Shown: one piece after another, positions 33,050-43,304 of the stretch
Numbering within the stretch: the first letter of the stretch is position 1
Layout of the letters: every line of letters begins with the position of its first letter
Source of the DNA: Vicinamibacterales bacterium
Lineage (GTDB): Bacteria > Acidobacteriota > Vicinamibacteria > Vicinamibacterales > UBA2999
Direction: 5' to 3'
Assembly (NCBI GenBank): GCA_035710305.1
Contig: DASTDQ010000142.1
Coordinates: forward strand, 1 to 58,673
Length of the DNA stretch: 58,673 nt
The notes under the pieces: generated by a model
What the model was told of the DNA's origin: nothing
The model's database searches: none
What the model saw: the letters and a program-made list of their open reading frames with translations, nothing else
Program-made: the position numbers and the translations under genes

Positions 33050-34852
33050 CTAGCCCACCGGCTTGAGCGGAATATACGGGCTGGCCGGACTCTCGGCTTC
33101 CATCTGGACGTTGTGGCCCTTCACGGGGGGCGCGTCCTGGTAAAGGAAGTCCCATTTCCAGCGCTCCGAGGGATTGGACGCCTGGAGCCAATTGCGCGCG
33201 GGCACAGGTCGAGTGAACGCGATCCGCTCGGCGTCGGCATAGGCCGCGGGCAGCTTCGCCGCGATCGCCCGGCGGACCTCATCGATCGTCGTGTGCGGAA
33301 GGGACGACCCCAGCAGCCGGCCCAGTGTCACGAGAATCTGCCAGTCCTCGCGCGCCTCTCCGGGCGGATTGATCGCCCGCGACGCGCCCTGCACCTTCCC
33401 CTGATCGTTCGTGTAGAGTGCGTCCTTCTCAGCCGAGGCAGCGCCCGGCAGCACGATATCGGCAGCCGCCGCCAGGTCCGACATCACGACACCCTGCACG
33501 ACGAGCATCGGCAGCGTGCCCTTCCTGCGGGCCTCGACGATCCATGAGACGTCGCCAAGTGAGCCATCCGGGCCGGGATCCAGCACGTACAAAGCTTTGA
33601 CGCGTCCCGACCCGACGGCGGTGCGCAGGGCGCCGAGGTCGGCGTCATGGCCGTTGCCCCCGCCGACGGCAAAGCCCACGTCGCGCGCGCCATTGACGTT
33701 GGGCGCGTCGGTGACCGGAATGGTGAACCGTGCCGAGGCCGGTTGACGCTTCTCGCTTCGCGTCCAGGCGACGGTCACGATGCCGGCGCCTGCCTCGCCG
33801 AGCAGGCCGTCGACGATTTCCTTGAGGACGAAGAGTTCCTCGGTGGCTGCGTGCGCGGAGACGAGAAACCGGACGGAGCCCGGGTCGGCCTGACCGGCGA
33901 TCTGGATGGCGTCCCGCAGACCCGGCTCGACGTCGTGCCACGCCGCGGGCTCGAGCGTCGAACCCCGCCTCCGCATCGGCCGGCGCAGGCGCGTCTCGCC
34001 TTCGACCCAGCTGTACTCGAAGCGTCCGATATCGCACATCCAGTAGCCGTTGACATCGAGGTTGAGCCGGGGTGTCATCCGGATCAGTCGCGAGCCCTTC
34101 GCCCACTCAGGCTTGGCCTTCAGCCACGCGCTGGTGTTGCAGCCCTTCGAGCAGCGCGTACAGATGGTGTCTACCACGCCTGGGTTGTCCCAGGGCCGGC
34201 TCCTGAATCGGTACTCCCTCGTCGTAATCGCTCCGACGGGACACACGTCCATCAGATTGCCCGAGAGCAGCGAGTGCACGCCCTCCTCGCGGAACGTCGC
34301 GATCTCGCTGCCGTTGCCGCGGTCAACGATACTGATCTGCGCGTCGCCGTCGATCTCCTTCATGAAGCGGACGCACCGCGTGCACAGGATGCAGCGGTTG
34401 CGGTTCAGCATCAGCGTGGGACCGAAATCGACGTCCGCCCTTACGCCTTCGCCGTCGAAGACCCGGCGCGGAAAGTCCATCCGGCTTTCGGCGGGGCCAA
34501 AGCTGTAGGAGAAATCCTGGAGCGGGCACTCACCGCCCTTGTCACACACCGGGCAGTCGAGCGGGTGGTTGACGAGCAGGAACTCGAGCACGCCCGCGCG
34601 GGCCTGTGTGGTCTCCGGATCCCGCGTGGTGACGACCATGCCGTCGGTGCAGAGCGTCGAACACGACGTCTGCAGCTTCGGCATCTTCTCGATCTTCACG
34701 ATGCACACGCGGCACGAGCCGTCGACGGTCAACCCCGGATGAAAGCAGTAGTAGGGGACCGAGATGCCGGCTTCGATGGCAGCCTGCAGGACGGTCTTTC
34801 CCTTCTCGACCGTCACGCGCTGCCCATCGATGGTCAGCGAAACAGTTTCCAT
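33050..34852 (-). CDS. NuoG-like Fe-S / molybdopterin-oxidoreductase-family protein
   Basis: N-terminal 2Fe-2S ferredoxin fold (CFHPGLTVDGSCRVC), then His/Cys 4Fe-4S motifs (NHPLDCPVCDKGGEC, CILCTRCVRF). No other nuo genes are adjacent. Confidence 0.8.
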   Translation of the reverse strand: METVSLTIDGQRVTVEKGKTVLQAAIEAGISVPYYCFHPGLTVDGSCRVCIVKIEKMPKLQTSCSTLCTDGMVVTTRDPETTQARAGVLEFLLVNHPLDCPVCDKGGECPLQDFSYSFGPAESRMDFPRRVFDGEGVRADVDFGPTLMLNRNRCILCTRCVRFMKEIDGDAQISIVDRGNGSEIATFREEGVHSLLSGNLMDVCPVGAITTREYRFRSRPWDNPGVVDTICTRCSKGCNTSAWLKAKPEWAKGSRLIRMTPRLNLDVNGYWMCDIGRFEYSWVEGETRLRRPMRRRGSTLEPAAWHDVEPGLRDAIQIAGQADPGSVRFLVSAHAATEELFVLKEIVDGLLGEAGAGIVTVAWTRSEKRQPASARFTIPVTDAPNVNGARDVGFAVGGGNGHDADLGALRTAVGSGRVKALYVLDPGPDGSLGDVSWIVEARRKGTLPMLVVQGVVMSDLAAAADIVLPGAASAEKDALYTNDQGKVQGASRAINPPGEAREDWQILVTLGRLLGSSLPHTTIDEVRRAIAAKLPAAYADAERIAFTRPVPARNWLQASNPSERWKWDFLYQDAPPVKGHNVQMEAESPASPYIPLKPVG

Positions 34853-34888
34853 ATCCGGGCGATCATATCCCGAGGCTCGGGCGCCCGC

Positions 34889-37552
34889 CTACTGTTCGTC
34901 GAATTCCGCGAGGGCCGCCCCGTCCAAGTTGATCTGGACGCGGCGCACGACGTCGTCGATGGGGATGGACCGCTCGACTTCCATCTCCGTGACGGGCACC
35001 GTGACGTTGACGATTCGGCCATCGCCGTAGGACAGCGTCACGGTGACGGGCAGATCGAAGACGAGGTTTCCCGTTTGCTCGAACCTGACCCGTACGTCCC
35101 GCTCACCGATGGTGGTCTGGTATCTCACACGGGGGATGCTGCTCCCGTAAATCCAGCGCTCGAAGAAGCGATCGAGCACGCGGCCCGATTCGGCTTCCAT
35201 GACACGCTCGAAGTCCTCTGTGCCCGCCTTCTGATACCGGCGGTCCATGTAGAACCTGCGCAGGCCGCGGAAGAACACCTCGTCGCCGAGCAGGCTTCTC
35301 AGCATGTGGAGGACGCCGGCGGCCTTGTTGTAGACGAGTGCGCGGAAGACCCGCGGCTCGCTCTTGACGTGGCCCAGCCGGGAGCCGAGGTACACCGGCC
35401 CCTGGTCTGATTCTGCGATCGACCATTTGCGGAACTGCCGCAGCATGTCCACGAACACGCGCTCGCCCAACGCCTTTTGCGCGAACAGCGCGGCGAAATA
35501 CTGGGCGAAGCCCTCGCTGATCCACTGTTCGTGGTAGTTCTTCCAGCCGATCGCCTGGCCCCACCACTGGTGTGCGAGCTCGTGCGCGAGGAAGAACTCC
35601 GGAAAACTCTCGAACGCCGCCGGGTCGCCGCGCCAGGGGTTTGCGGTGATGTTGGAGGCGGGCGTGTTGATGACGGCAAAGTAGCCCGGGCTGTGTCCGC
35701 CGGGCAGATCGTTTTCGAGCAGCGCCACGCTCGCTGACGTGTACGGCGCGTCGCCCATGAGCGATGCGTAGAACCGCAGGATGGCCTCGGCTTCCTTCGC
35801 CGTGTCTCGGGCCCGACCGCGCAGGCTGCTGTGCGACGACACTGCAAGAGCGATCGAGTCGACGCCCGAGCCGGGATCGGTCTGGTTGTCAATGGGCACT
35901 TTGGCTTCACCGATGCGCACGAGCCGCGAGATCACCAGCGCTAGATACCGCAGCGGCTGGTTGGCGCGGAAGGCGTACGCCTGACCCTCGCGGGCGACCT
36001 TCCCGTCCTGGAATGAAGCCGACTCGATCACCGCGGCCGGATGGCCGCTCGCCATGCACGTGTAGCCGGCCGGAACGACGATCCGGATCGAGGCCGTGGC
36101 GTAGTCCGGAACGGGATTCTGCGGATACCAGTACGAACGGTTGCTGAGGAGCAACGACGGCTCGCGCGTGTCGCCGAGCCCCCCTTGATCCTGCGCGTCG
36201 GGCGAGACGGTCACGGTGTCGGTGTCGAGATCCTGCGTCGACACCTCGCCCCCATAGGTCACGATGAGCGTGAGGTCCGAGTCCTGCTGGACGCTTTGCG
36301 GCAGATTCACCAGGACCGCGTTCTGGCTGCGGATCCGGAGGTAGAGCAGGCGGCCGTACTCGACGCTCGTGACGCCGCTGACCGCGAACGATTCCGCCAG
36401 GCGAAGCCTGAGCGTGGACAGCGAGGTCGAGCGCACGCGGATCGACAGCCGCGTACGGCCGCGCAGCGTTCGCCGTCGAGGGTCGATATAGGTCTCGACG
36501 TTGTAGTCGAGCACGTCATAGTCCCTCAGCACGTCGTCGGTGTAGAAGCGCCCGCGCGCCGCGAGCTTGGCGACCGACGGATAGAGCGCCAGCGTCCGGC
36601 GATCTTTTCTTCGGAACACGGACACGTCCTCGGCGTTCTCGGTCGTGACGGAGTAGGACAGCATGTCGAAGCGGCGCGTATCGATCTCGGCGAGAAAATC
36701 GCGGGACGGCGGAAGGAGGTACCAGTCCTCGGTGCTGAGGTCCTGCAGATCTACGTTGAAGGACTTCGGCGCGTTCTCGGCCAGCAGCTCCTCGGCGCGT
36801 CTTGCCAGCCGCGCATCCGGGGCGGCCGGCGAGAGGCTGGCCGTCGACACGCGGTTCTGGTAGTCGCTCGGGTTGAGGCGCACGAAGGCGAAGTCGAAGG
36901 GCGAGACCAGCGTGTCGTCGCCCGAGAAGAGTCGAAGCTGGCTGCGTTCCGCGGCGACAGCCGGCGAAAACGTCATCTGCCCTCGGCCGAGCAGGATCAG
37001 ACCGGTGACGCCGTCGTCGCATTCGACCCGGAAGACTGTGCCTTCCGAAAGCAGGAGCACGAGGTCTTCCGCCGTGACTTGCAGATTACGCGCCGACAGC
37101 GGACGCGCGGTGTCGAGACGCAGCTTGTACAGACCCTCAACAAACGACAGGCCTTCGACGCCGACGAACCGCCACGAGGCCAGGTCGCCATTGGGGGGGC
37201 GGCGCATGTCCATGCCGGTCGTCAGGATTCGCGCCTTGCCTTGCGTCTCGATGAAGAACTCGACGACCAGGCTGTAGCCGTCGCCCGGCGGCGCTCCTTC
37301 GAGCTGCATCCGCTCGCGCTCGCGAACGGTCGCCCTGACGCCGCCCTTGATGACGAGATCGCCGATGAACTTGTCAACGACCGCAGCAGGCACGTGCGAG
37401 GCAAAGAGCGCCGTCAGCGCGGAGGCATCAGCCTTGTTCAGCGCTTGTTCGACCTTGCGTACGAGCGGCGTAACCGGATCGGGTTCGACGGTCTGAGCTG
37501 ATATGGGGATCGCCCAGATCCAGGCGCACGCCAGCAGCGGAAGAAGTCGCAT
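34889..37552 (-). CDS. M1-family zinc metallopeptidase (aminopeptidase N-like), secreted
   Basis: HELAHQWWG followed by WISEGFAQY (HExxH-18-E). The ATG at 37552 gives a signal peptide MRLLPLLACAWIWAIPISAQ. An alternative start lies at 37600. Confidence 0.85.
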   Translation of the reverse strand: MRLLPLLACAWIWAIPISAQTVEPDPVTPLVRKVEQALNKADASALTALFASHVPAAVVDKFIGDLVIKGGVRATVRERERMQLEGAPPGDGYSLVVEFFIETQGKARILTTGMDMRRPPNGDLASWRFVGVEGLSFVEGLYKLRLDTARPLSARNLQVTAEDLVLLLSEGTVFRVECDDGVTGLILLGRGQMTFSPAVAAERSQLRLFSGDDTLVSPFDFAFVRLNPSDYQNRVSTASLSPAAPDARLARRAEELLAENAPKSFNVDLQDLSTEDWYLLPPSRDFLAEIDTRRFDMLSYSVTTENAEDVSVFRRKDRRTLALYPSVAKLAARGRFYTDDVLRDYDVLDYNVETYIDPRRRTLRGRTRLSIRVRSTSLSTLRLRLAESFAVSGVTSVEYGRLLYLRIRSQNAVLVNLPQSVQQDSDLTLIVTYGGEVSTQDLDTDTVTVSPDAQDQGGLGDTREPSLLLSNRSYWYPQNPVPDYATASIRIVVPAGYTCMASGHPAAVIESASFQDGKVAREGQAYAFRANQPLRYLALVISRLVRIGEAKVPIDNQTDPGSGVDSIALAVSSHSSLRGRARDTAKEAEAILRFYASLMGDAPYTSASVALLENDLPGGHSPGYFAVINTPASNITANPWRGDPAAFESFPEFFLAHELAHQWWGQAIGWKNYHEQWISEGFAQYFAALFAQKALGERVFVDMLRQFRKWSIAESDQGPVYLGSRLGHVKSEPRVFRALVYNKAAGVLHMLRSLLGDEVFFRGLRRFYMDRRYQKAGTEDFERVMEAESGRVLDRFFERWIYGSSIPRVRYQTTIGERDVRVRFEQTGNLVFDLPVTVTLSYGDGRIVNVTVPVTEMEVERSIPIDDVVRRVQINLDGAALAEFDEQ

Positions 37553-37618
37553 ATCGCTGGGGCCGGCACCATTAGACGCCAATTGCCTTCCGGCCGCCAC
37601 TGGCGGTTTGAGGCTGCG

Positions 37619-38785
37619 TTACACGACGGTCATCGCGTCCGGGAGCGGCGGAAGTCGGCGCGCAACGAGAACGGTCAAGTCGTCCAGCAGCCGCCGCTCC
37701 TGACTGTGCGTTTCGACGGCCGCAAACAGTGCCCAACCCAGTTCCTTGGCCGATGCCCATTCCTTGCCGTCGACGACGGACTGGACGCCGGACTCGTCGA
37801 ACGGCTGGTCGAAGGTGTTCTCGGCTTCCGTGATGCCGTCGCTGTACATCACGAGAACATCCCCCGGGACGAGGTCGACAGTACCGGCGGTATACGTGGC
37901 GTCCTCGAACATGCCGAGGGCCATGCCGCCCGCGCGCAGACGTTCGTAGTCGCCGTTCCCGCGGCGCAGCAAAGGAGGGTTCTGCCCGGCGTTGACATAG
38001 GTCATCTCGCCGGTCGATGGGTTCAGGACGGCAATGAACAGCGTCACGAATCGGGTGCGCGGCGCGTGCTTCCCAATCTGCAGGTTCAACCGGGCCACCA
38101 GGTCTGCGCCCTCGAAGCCTTCGTCCACGAGCGTTCGCATCATCGCCAGGAGCAGCGCCATCAGCAGTGCCGCCGGACTTCCCTTCCCTGCGACATCGCC
38201 GAGCGCCAGCAGCACGCGCCCGTCGGGGAGTGTGAGGATGTCGTAGAAGTCGCCGCCAACGGTGTTCGCCGGCCGCGTCATCCCGAACGCCTCGATCCCG
38301 GGCGCCTTGTGGGCGGCTCGCGGCAGCATCGACTGCTGAATCTCGCGCGCGATCTCGAGGTCGTTCTTCAGGGACAGCCGGTCGGCCACTTCCAGCAGCA
38401 CGAGGAAGTTCACGATCAGGAACCCGGTGAGCAGCCACATGGTACCGGGCGCGAACGCAGGATGCGGGATCAGAAGCCAGTGCGTTTCCTGATAGAGCTC
38501 GAGAAGGCCGACGAGACTCGCCAGGAGCGCCACCGCGTACATCGCGCGCCTCGCGGGAGACAACTTGAGCGTGAACGCCAGAAAGAGCAGCCGCGCGGTT
38601 CCAAGCACGCGCAGGTGCCACGGCTTCTTTTTGAGCTCGTCGAAATCGATGTGCCTCGAGAACAGCCGATACGCTTCGGGTGTATCGCGGGTGAACAGAC
38701 GCTCGAGCTCGGTGGTCGTGAGCCCCCTCGTATAGGTCTCGAAGAACGGGCCACCGGTCTGACGCGGCAGAGGAGGGACTTTCAT
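37619..38785 (-). CDS. Membrane-bound PP2C (SpoIIE-type) phosphatase
   Basis: TM segments, then IQQSMLP...VGGDFYD...LGDVAGKGSPAALLMA. The ATG at 38785 was verified on the sequence. The longer ORF to 39427 overlaps kbl. Confidence 0.85.
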   Translation of the reverse strand: MKVPPLPRQTGGPFFETYTRGLTTTELERLFTRDTPEAYRLFSRHIDFDELKKKPWHLRVLGTARLLFLAFTLKLSPARRAMYAVALLASLVGLLELYQETHWLLIPHPAFAPGTMWLLTGFLIVNFLVLLEVADRLSLKNDLEIAREIQQSMLPRAAHKAPGIEAFGMTRPANTVGGDFYDILTLPDGRVLLALGDVAGKGSPAALLMALLLAMMRTLVDEGFEGADLVARLNLQIGKHAPRTRFVTLFIAVLNPSTGEMTYVNAGQNPPLLRRGNGDYERLRAGGMALGMFEDATYTAGTVDLVPGDVLVMYSDGITEAENTFDQPFDESGVQSVVDGKEWASAKELGWALFAAVETHSQERRLLDDLTVLVARRLPPLPDAMTVV

Positions 38786-38823
38786 CGACGCTCGGATCTT
38801 AGATCGACCGCGGGGGCGGCGCT

Positions 38824-40005
38824 TCAGACAATTCCGAGATCGATCCCGACAGTCTTGAAGGCATCCAGCGCAAACTCGAGGTCTGCCTGCGTGTGGGTTG
38901 CGGTCACAATCGTTCGAACCCTGGCCTTGTCGCGCGCGACGGTAGGGAAGGCGATGCCCTGTGCGAACACCCCAGCCTCGAACAAACGGTCGGAGAACCT
39001 CATGGCCAGCGCGCCGTCCCCCACGATGACCGGCGTGATCGGGCTTTCGCTCGACCCGATGTCGAAGCCAAGCGCGTGCAGCCCCGACTTGAAGAAACGG
39101 GTGTTCTGCCAGAGGCGTTCCATCCACTGCGGTTCGGTCTCGAGCACGTCGAGCGCCGCAAGGCACGTTGCGGCGACCGATGGCGGGTGGGACGTGGAAA
39201 ACAGAAAGGGCCTGCCCCGGCGGTACAGGAACTCGACGAGCGACCGCGAGCCTGCGACGTAGCCCCCGAGCGCGCCAAGCGCTTTCGAGAGGGTTCCCAC
39301 TTGCACGTCTACTCGCCCGTGAAGCCCGAAGTGATCGATGGTGCCACGCCCCGCGGCTCCGAACACTCCGCTCGCGTGGGCGTCGTCGACCATCATGATG
39401 CAGCCGAACTCCTCCGCGAGATCGCACAATCCCGGCAGGGCGCCGAGATCGCCGTCCATGCTGAACACGCCGTCGGTCACGAGCAGCGTGCGCTGCGAGC
39501 GAGGCAATGCCGCGAGAATCGCGCGCGCGGCGGCGACGTCGCGATGCGGAAACACCTTGATGGCAGCCCGGCTCAGGCGAGCCCCGTCGATGATGCTCGC
39601 GTGATTCAGTTCGTCCGAGACGATGACGTCCTCGCGGCCGAGCAACGCCGCCACCGTTCCCGCGTTTGCCGTGAAGCCGCTCTGGAAGACGACCGCTGCC
39701 TCGGTGCGCTTGAACGATGCGAGGCGGCGCTCGAGCTCCATGTGGATCTGCATCGTGCCGGCAATCGTGCGGACCGATCCGCTGCCCACCCCGAACGCCT
39801 TGAGCGCGTCGAGCGCGCGCTCGCGGAGCCGCGGATGGGTCGTGAAGCCGAGATAGTTGTTCGACGACAGGTTGACGACGGACCGGTGATCGATTGAAAG
39901 ACGAGCCGCTTGTTCACCGTCGAGTACACGCAGCGGCCGGGACAGACCTTGCGCGCGCAGCGCGTTCAGTTCGTCGTCGAGGAATGCGAGCGGATCCGTG
40001 CGCAT
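38824..40005 (-). CDS. kbl: Glycine C-acetyltransferase (2-amino-3-ketobutyrate CoA ligase) / 8-amino-7-oxononanoate synthase family
   Basis: Alpha-oxoamine synthase pattern NNYLGF, SGSVRTIAGT, DDAHASG, and the SKALG PLP lysine. Confidence 0.8.
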   Translation of the reverse strand: MRTDPLAFLDDELNALRAQGLSRPLRVLDGEQAARLSIDHRSVVNLSSNNYLGFTTHPRLRERALDALKAFGVGSGSVRTIAGTMQIHMELERRLASFKRTEAAVVFQSGFTANAGTVAALLGREDVIVSDELNHASIIDGARLSRAAIKVFPHRDVAAARAILAALPRSQRTLLVTDGVFSMDGDLGALPGLCDLAEEFGCIMMVDDAHASGVFGAAGRGTIDHFGLHGRVDVQVGTLSKALGALGGYVAGSRSLVEFLYRRGRPFLFSTSHPPSVAATCLAALDVLETEPQWMERLWQNTRFFKSGLHALGFDIGSSESPITPVIVGDGALAMRFSDRLFEAGVFAQGIAFPTVARDKARVRTIVTATHTQADLEFALDAFKTVGIDLGIV

Positions 40006-40038
40006 GCGGCACCGGCCCTTTTCCGTCGCGGTCCGCCG

Positions 40039-41259
40039 CTACGCGCGCGACAGGTAGTCGCGCGTGAAGGCGCCGATGTCCGCGTAAGTCCTGGACAACT
40101 CCTCGGGGCTCGCCAGGAAGACAATCCGGAAGAACCCCTCGGCCGCCGGCAGGCCGAACCCGGATCCGTTGACGCACAGGATGCCGGTTTGCCGGAGCAG
40201 CGCCAGCACGTACTCCTCGTCGGTTCGGCCCGGCGGCAACGATACCGACGGCAGCGCGTAGAACGCAGCCTTCGGCGCAACGCAGGTCATGCCGGGGATG
40301 GCGTTCAGCATGTCAGTCGTGATCCGGGCCCGCTCCGCGAGCGCCGCTCGAAATGACACCTGATGCGATCGGTCGCCGCCAAGCGCCGCCTTCACCGCGT
40401 ACTGCATCGGAGCCGGGCTGCAGAGCCGTCCGTCCGCGAGTTTCTTCATAGCGGCCAACGCGGGGTCAAGTCTGGGCGTGGACGCCACGGCCATCCACCC
40501 CGTGCGCCACCCCGGCGCCAGGAATGCCTTCGAGAGGCTCGACAAGGAGATCACGGGAGCGTCGAGGTCCAACGTCCCGAGCAGCGGTACCGGCCCGTCG
40601 AACCCCAGGTCGCTGTACACTTCGTCGGCCATGATCGTCAGATCGTTCCGCTCGGCGAACTCGAGAAGCGCCCGGCGGGTCGCGGCCGGGTACACGGCGC
40701 CCGTCGGATTGTTCGGGTCGATGACGACGAGCACTCGCGTACGCGCCGTGATGAGACTGCGAAGATGCTCGAGATCGGGCAGCCAGTCGCGCGTCGGATC
40801 GGTGCGGTAGTACCGCGGCTGAGCGCCAATCTTCGCCAGAACCGCCGTATAAAGCGGGTAGGTCGGCGACGGGACGAGTACTTCGTCTCCTTCACCAGCC
40901 AGCGCGTTCAGTGCCAGCTCGATTGCTTCCGAGGTTCCGGTCGTGATGAGCACCCTGTCGGGGGACATGGGCACACCGCGGGAGGTGTACTCGGCCGCCA
41001 CGGCCACGCGCGCCTCCGGGATGCCCGCCGAAGGGACATAACCGTTTCGTCCGTCGCGCATCGCGCGGACCGCCGCTTCGACCATGTGCTCCGGTGTGCG
41101 AAACCCGAACGCCACAGGGTCCCCGATGTTCAGATAGCGAACGCGCGTCCCGCGCGCTTCGACGGCCGTCGCCTCGGCGACGATGTTGCGGATCGCGTAG
41201 GAGAACCGGTTAACGCGGCTTGCGACCGGAACGGGCTGAGAGTTTCGTATGGGCATCAC
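40039..41259 (-). CDS. Class I/II PLP-dependent aminotransferase (AlaA/AspC-like)
   Basis: The motif pattern NPNNPTG and SLSKAF..PGWRTGW is typical. Confidence 0.85.
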   Translation of the reverse strand: MMPIRNSQPVPVASRVNRFSYAIRNIVAEATAVEARGTRVRYLNIGDPVAFGFRTPEHMVEAAVRAMRDGRNGYVPSAGIPEARVAVAAEYTSRGVPMSPDRVLITTGTSEAIELALNALAGEGDEVLVPSPTYPLYTAVLAKIGAQPRYYRTDPTRDWLPDLEHLRSLITARTRVLVVIDPNNPTGAVYPAATRRALLEFAERNDLTIMADEVYSDLGFDGPVPLLGTLDLDAPVISLSSLSKAFLAPGWRTGWMAVASTPRLDPALAAMKKLADGRLCSPAPMQYAVKAALGGDRSHQVSFRAALAERARITTDMLNAIPGMTCVAPKAAFYALPSVSLPPGRTDEEYVLALLRQTGILCVNGSGFGLPAAEGFFRIVFLASPEELSRTYADIGAFTRDYLSRA

Positions 41260-41554
41260 TGGATAAGGCTAACCACAATTCGGCCAACGGGTTGGCTCCG
41301 AAGTCGAGGCGAGGAGCGGATCCCTTGGAGTCGAGGTCAGGCAAATATTACGTAAGCCTCGACCCCGCAGGTAACTGCGACCACTCTGAAATAATGGCAG
41401 AACTCGTGAAGCTTTGCCCGCCCCTCTCGCGAAATACATCGGTGCATCGTCCGAAGTCCTTCCGTAGCGTAAGAGTTACATCTGAGGAGCTTGCGCATAC
41501 CTGCCCAGGATAGGGAATTGGCCGTAAGTTGTTGAGCCATAACAAGCGTCGTCT

Positions 41555-42538
41555 ATGGCAAGGCCATTGATATGGCTCAGGCGCATGCGGAGCCTGGCGG
41601 CTTGGGTCGTTCCCATCGTGCTACCCACGGGGCTCTTGTCCGCTCACTCCGCCCCGCCTAACCTGCAACAGGCTCCTCAAGCCACGTTTCGGTCGGGCGT
41701 CGAGCTCGTAACAGTCACCGTTTCGGTCAGGGACCAAAAGGGCCGCGTCGTCCGGGACCTGACCCGGAAGGATTTCACGGTCATCGATAGCGGAGAGGGA
41801 GTCGACATCCGAGACTTCTATTCGGGTGACGCGCCCATCAGCCTGGCCATCCTCCTCGACATCAGCGGCAGCATGGCGGTCGGCGGCAACATCAACCGCG
41901 CCCGCGAGGCTGTAGGCGTGACGGCAAAGAGCCTTCGCGCCTCGACCGACGAGGCAGCCCTGTTCACGTTCGACTCGGGTTTGGCGGAAGTCGTCAGCTT
42001 CACGCGAGACCTCGAGCGCATCCGACGCGCAAGCCTGAAAGGGACGCCGTGGGGCAAGACGTCCTTGTACGATGCGATCGGTCAGGCGGCGACCACCGTG
42101 GGCGAGCGCGCCAACAGGCATCGCGCGCTGCTCGTCATCACCGATGGCGTCGATACCGGAAGCAAACGGACCGCGGCAGAGGTCTCGGGTGTCGCCAGCT
42201 CAATCGACGTCCCCGTGTACCTGTTGACTGTCGTGACTCCGCTGGACCACTCGGGCAGCGAGTTCGAGGTTTCAAGCGACGGCCGGGCGACGCAGACCGC
42301 GACGCTCGACGATCTGTCGCGCTGGACCGGCGGTGACATGCGCATCACCAGCACGTCTGCGCACATCGGGGCGGCCGTCCGGGATCTCCTCGCGGAGCTG
42401 CGCTATCAGTATTTGATCACATTCGAGCCGGGTGTTCGGCGCGGGTGGCACCCGCTCGAGATTCGTACGGGAGACGAGAGCTTTGTGGTTCACGCGCGCG
42501 GCGGTTACATGTCCAACCCGCCGGGCGGCGGAAGCTAG
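41555..42538 (+). CDS. VWA-domain protein with acidobacterial VWFA-related N-terminal module
   Basis: Signal peptide. FRSGVELVTVTVSVRDQKGRVVRDLTRKDFTV is typical of that family. The MIDAS-like stretch is DISGSM. Confidence 0.8.
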   Translation: MARPLIWLRRMRSLAAWVVPIVLPTGLLSAHSAPPNLQQAPQATFRSGVELVTVTVSVRDQKGRVVRDLTRKDFTVIDSGEGVDIRDFYSGDAPISLAILLDISGSMAVGGNINRAREAVGVTAKSLRASTDEAALFTFDSGLAEVVSFTRDLERIRRASLKGTPWGKTSLYDAIGQAATTVGERANRHRALLVITDGVDTGSKRTAAEVSGVASSIDVPVYLLTVVTPLDHSGSEFEVSSDGRATQTATLDDLSRWTGGDMRITSTSAHIGAAVRDLLAELRYQYLITFEPGVRRGWHPLEIRTGDESFVVHARGGYMSNPPGGGS

Positions 42539-42563
42539 CTAGTACGTACAGAGGGAGAACATC

Positions 42564-43250
42564 ATGCGGAAGAGTCTGATGGCAGGATCGATCCTCGCGC
42601 TGACCGTGGCCGTTGCCCCGGCCTGCGCGACCAAGAAGTTCGTGCGCACGGAAGTCGGCAATGTGAACTCCAAGGTGGACACGTTGGCCGGCACGCTCGA
42701 AGAGACGCAGGAACGGACGCGCCGCAACGAAGAGCGCATCGGCGTCGTCGACGAGAAGGCCGAGGCGGCGGGTCGCTCCGCCACATCGGCTCGGGCAGCG
42801 GCAGACGCGGCTGCAAACTCAGCCAGGGAAGTGGACGGCCGAGTCACCACGGTGAACAATCGCGTGAACGTGGTGGAAGCGGCGGCACGCCGGCTGATAT
42901 ACGAGGTGACTCTCAGCGAGGACCAGGGCAACTTCAAGTTCGGCAAGACGGATCTGCCGGATCCTGCCAAGGCGCGCCTCGACCAGGTGGTCGCCGACCT
43001 CAAGGCGGATCCGAAGACCATCTTCATCGAGGTTGAGGGGCATACTGACAACGTGGGGACGCCCGACGTGAACGAGCGGATCGGTCTCGAGCGAGCCGAG
43101 GCGGTCAAGAGGTACCTGTATGAACAGCACCAGGTGCCGCTCCACAAGATCAACGTGATCTCCTACGGCGAGGACAAGCCGGTCGCGCCGAACAACACCC
43201 GTGACGGTCGCGCGCAGAACCGCCGCGTGGTGGTCAAGATCCTGTCGTAG
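42564..43250 (+). CDS. OmpA-family lipoprotein with coiled-coil N-terminal region
   Basis: Lipobox-like LTVAVAPAC. The C-terminal OmpA-like domain reads GHTDNVGTP..N..L...RA..V..YL...G...P.A.N.T..GR..NRRV. Confidence 0.85.
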   Translation: MRKSLMAGSILALTVAVAPACATKKFVRTEVGNVNSKVDTLAGTLEETQERTRRNEERIGVVDEKAEAAGRSATSARAAADAAANSAREVDGRVTTVNNRVNVVEAAARRLIYEVTLSEDQGNFKFGKTDLPDPAKARLDQVVADLKADPKTIFIEVEGHTDNVGTPDVNERIGLERAEAVKRYLYEQHQVPLHKINVISYGEDKPVAPNNTRDGRAQNRRVVVKILS

Positions 43251-43268
43251 TCGCCTGCCAAGCTGGTG

Positions 43269-43304
43269 GAGCGGATCCGTTCCCGGCGAGGGACGGATTC
43301 GCTC
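43269..43304. terminator. 15-bp stem hairpin between convergent genes (candidate bidirectional terminator)
   Basis: GAGCGGATCCGTTCC-loop-GGACGGATTCGCTC with two G-U pairs. Read directly. Confidence 0.5.
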
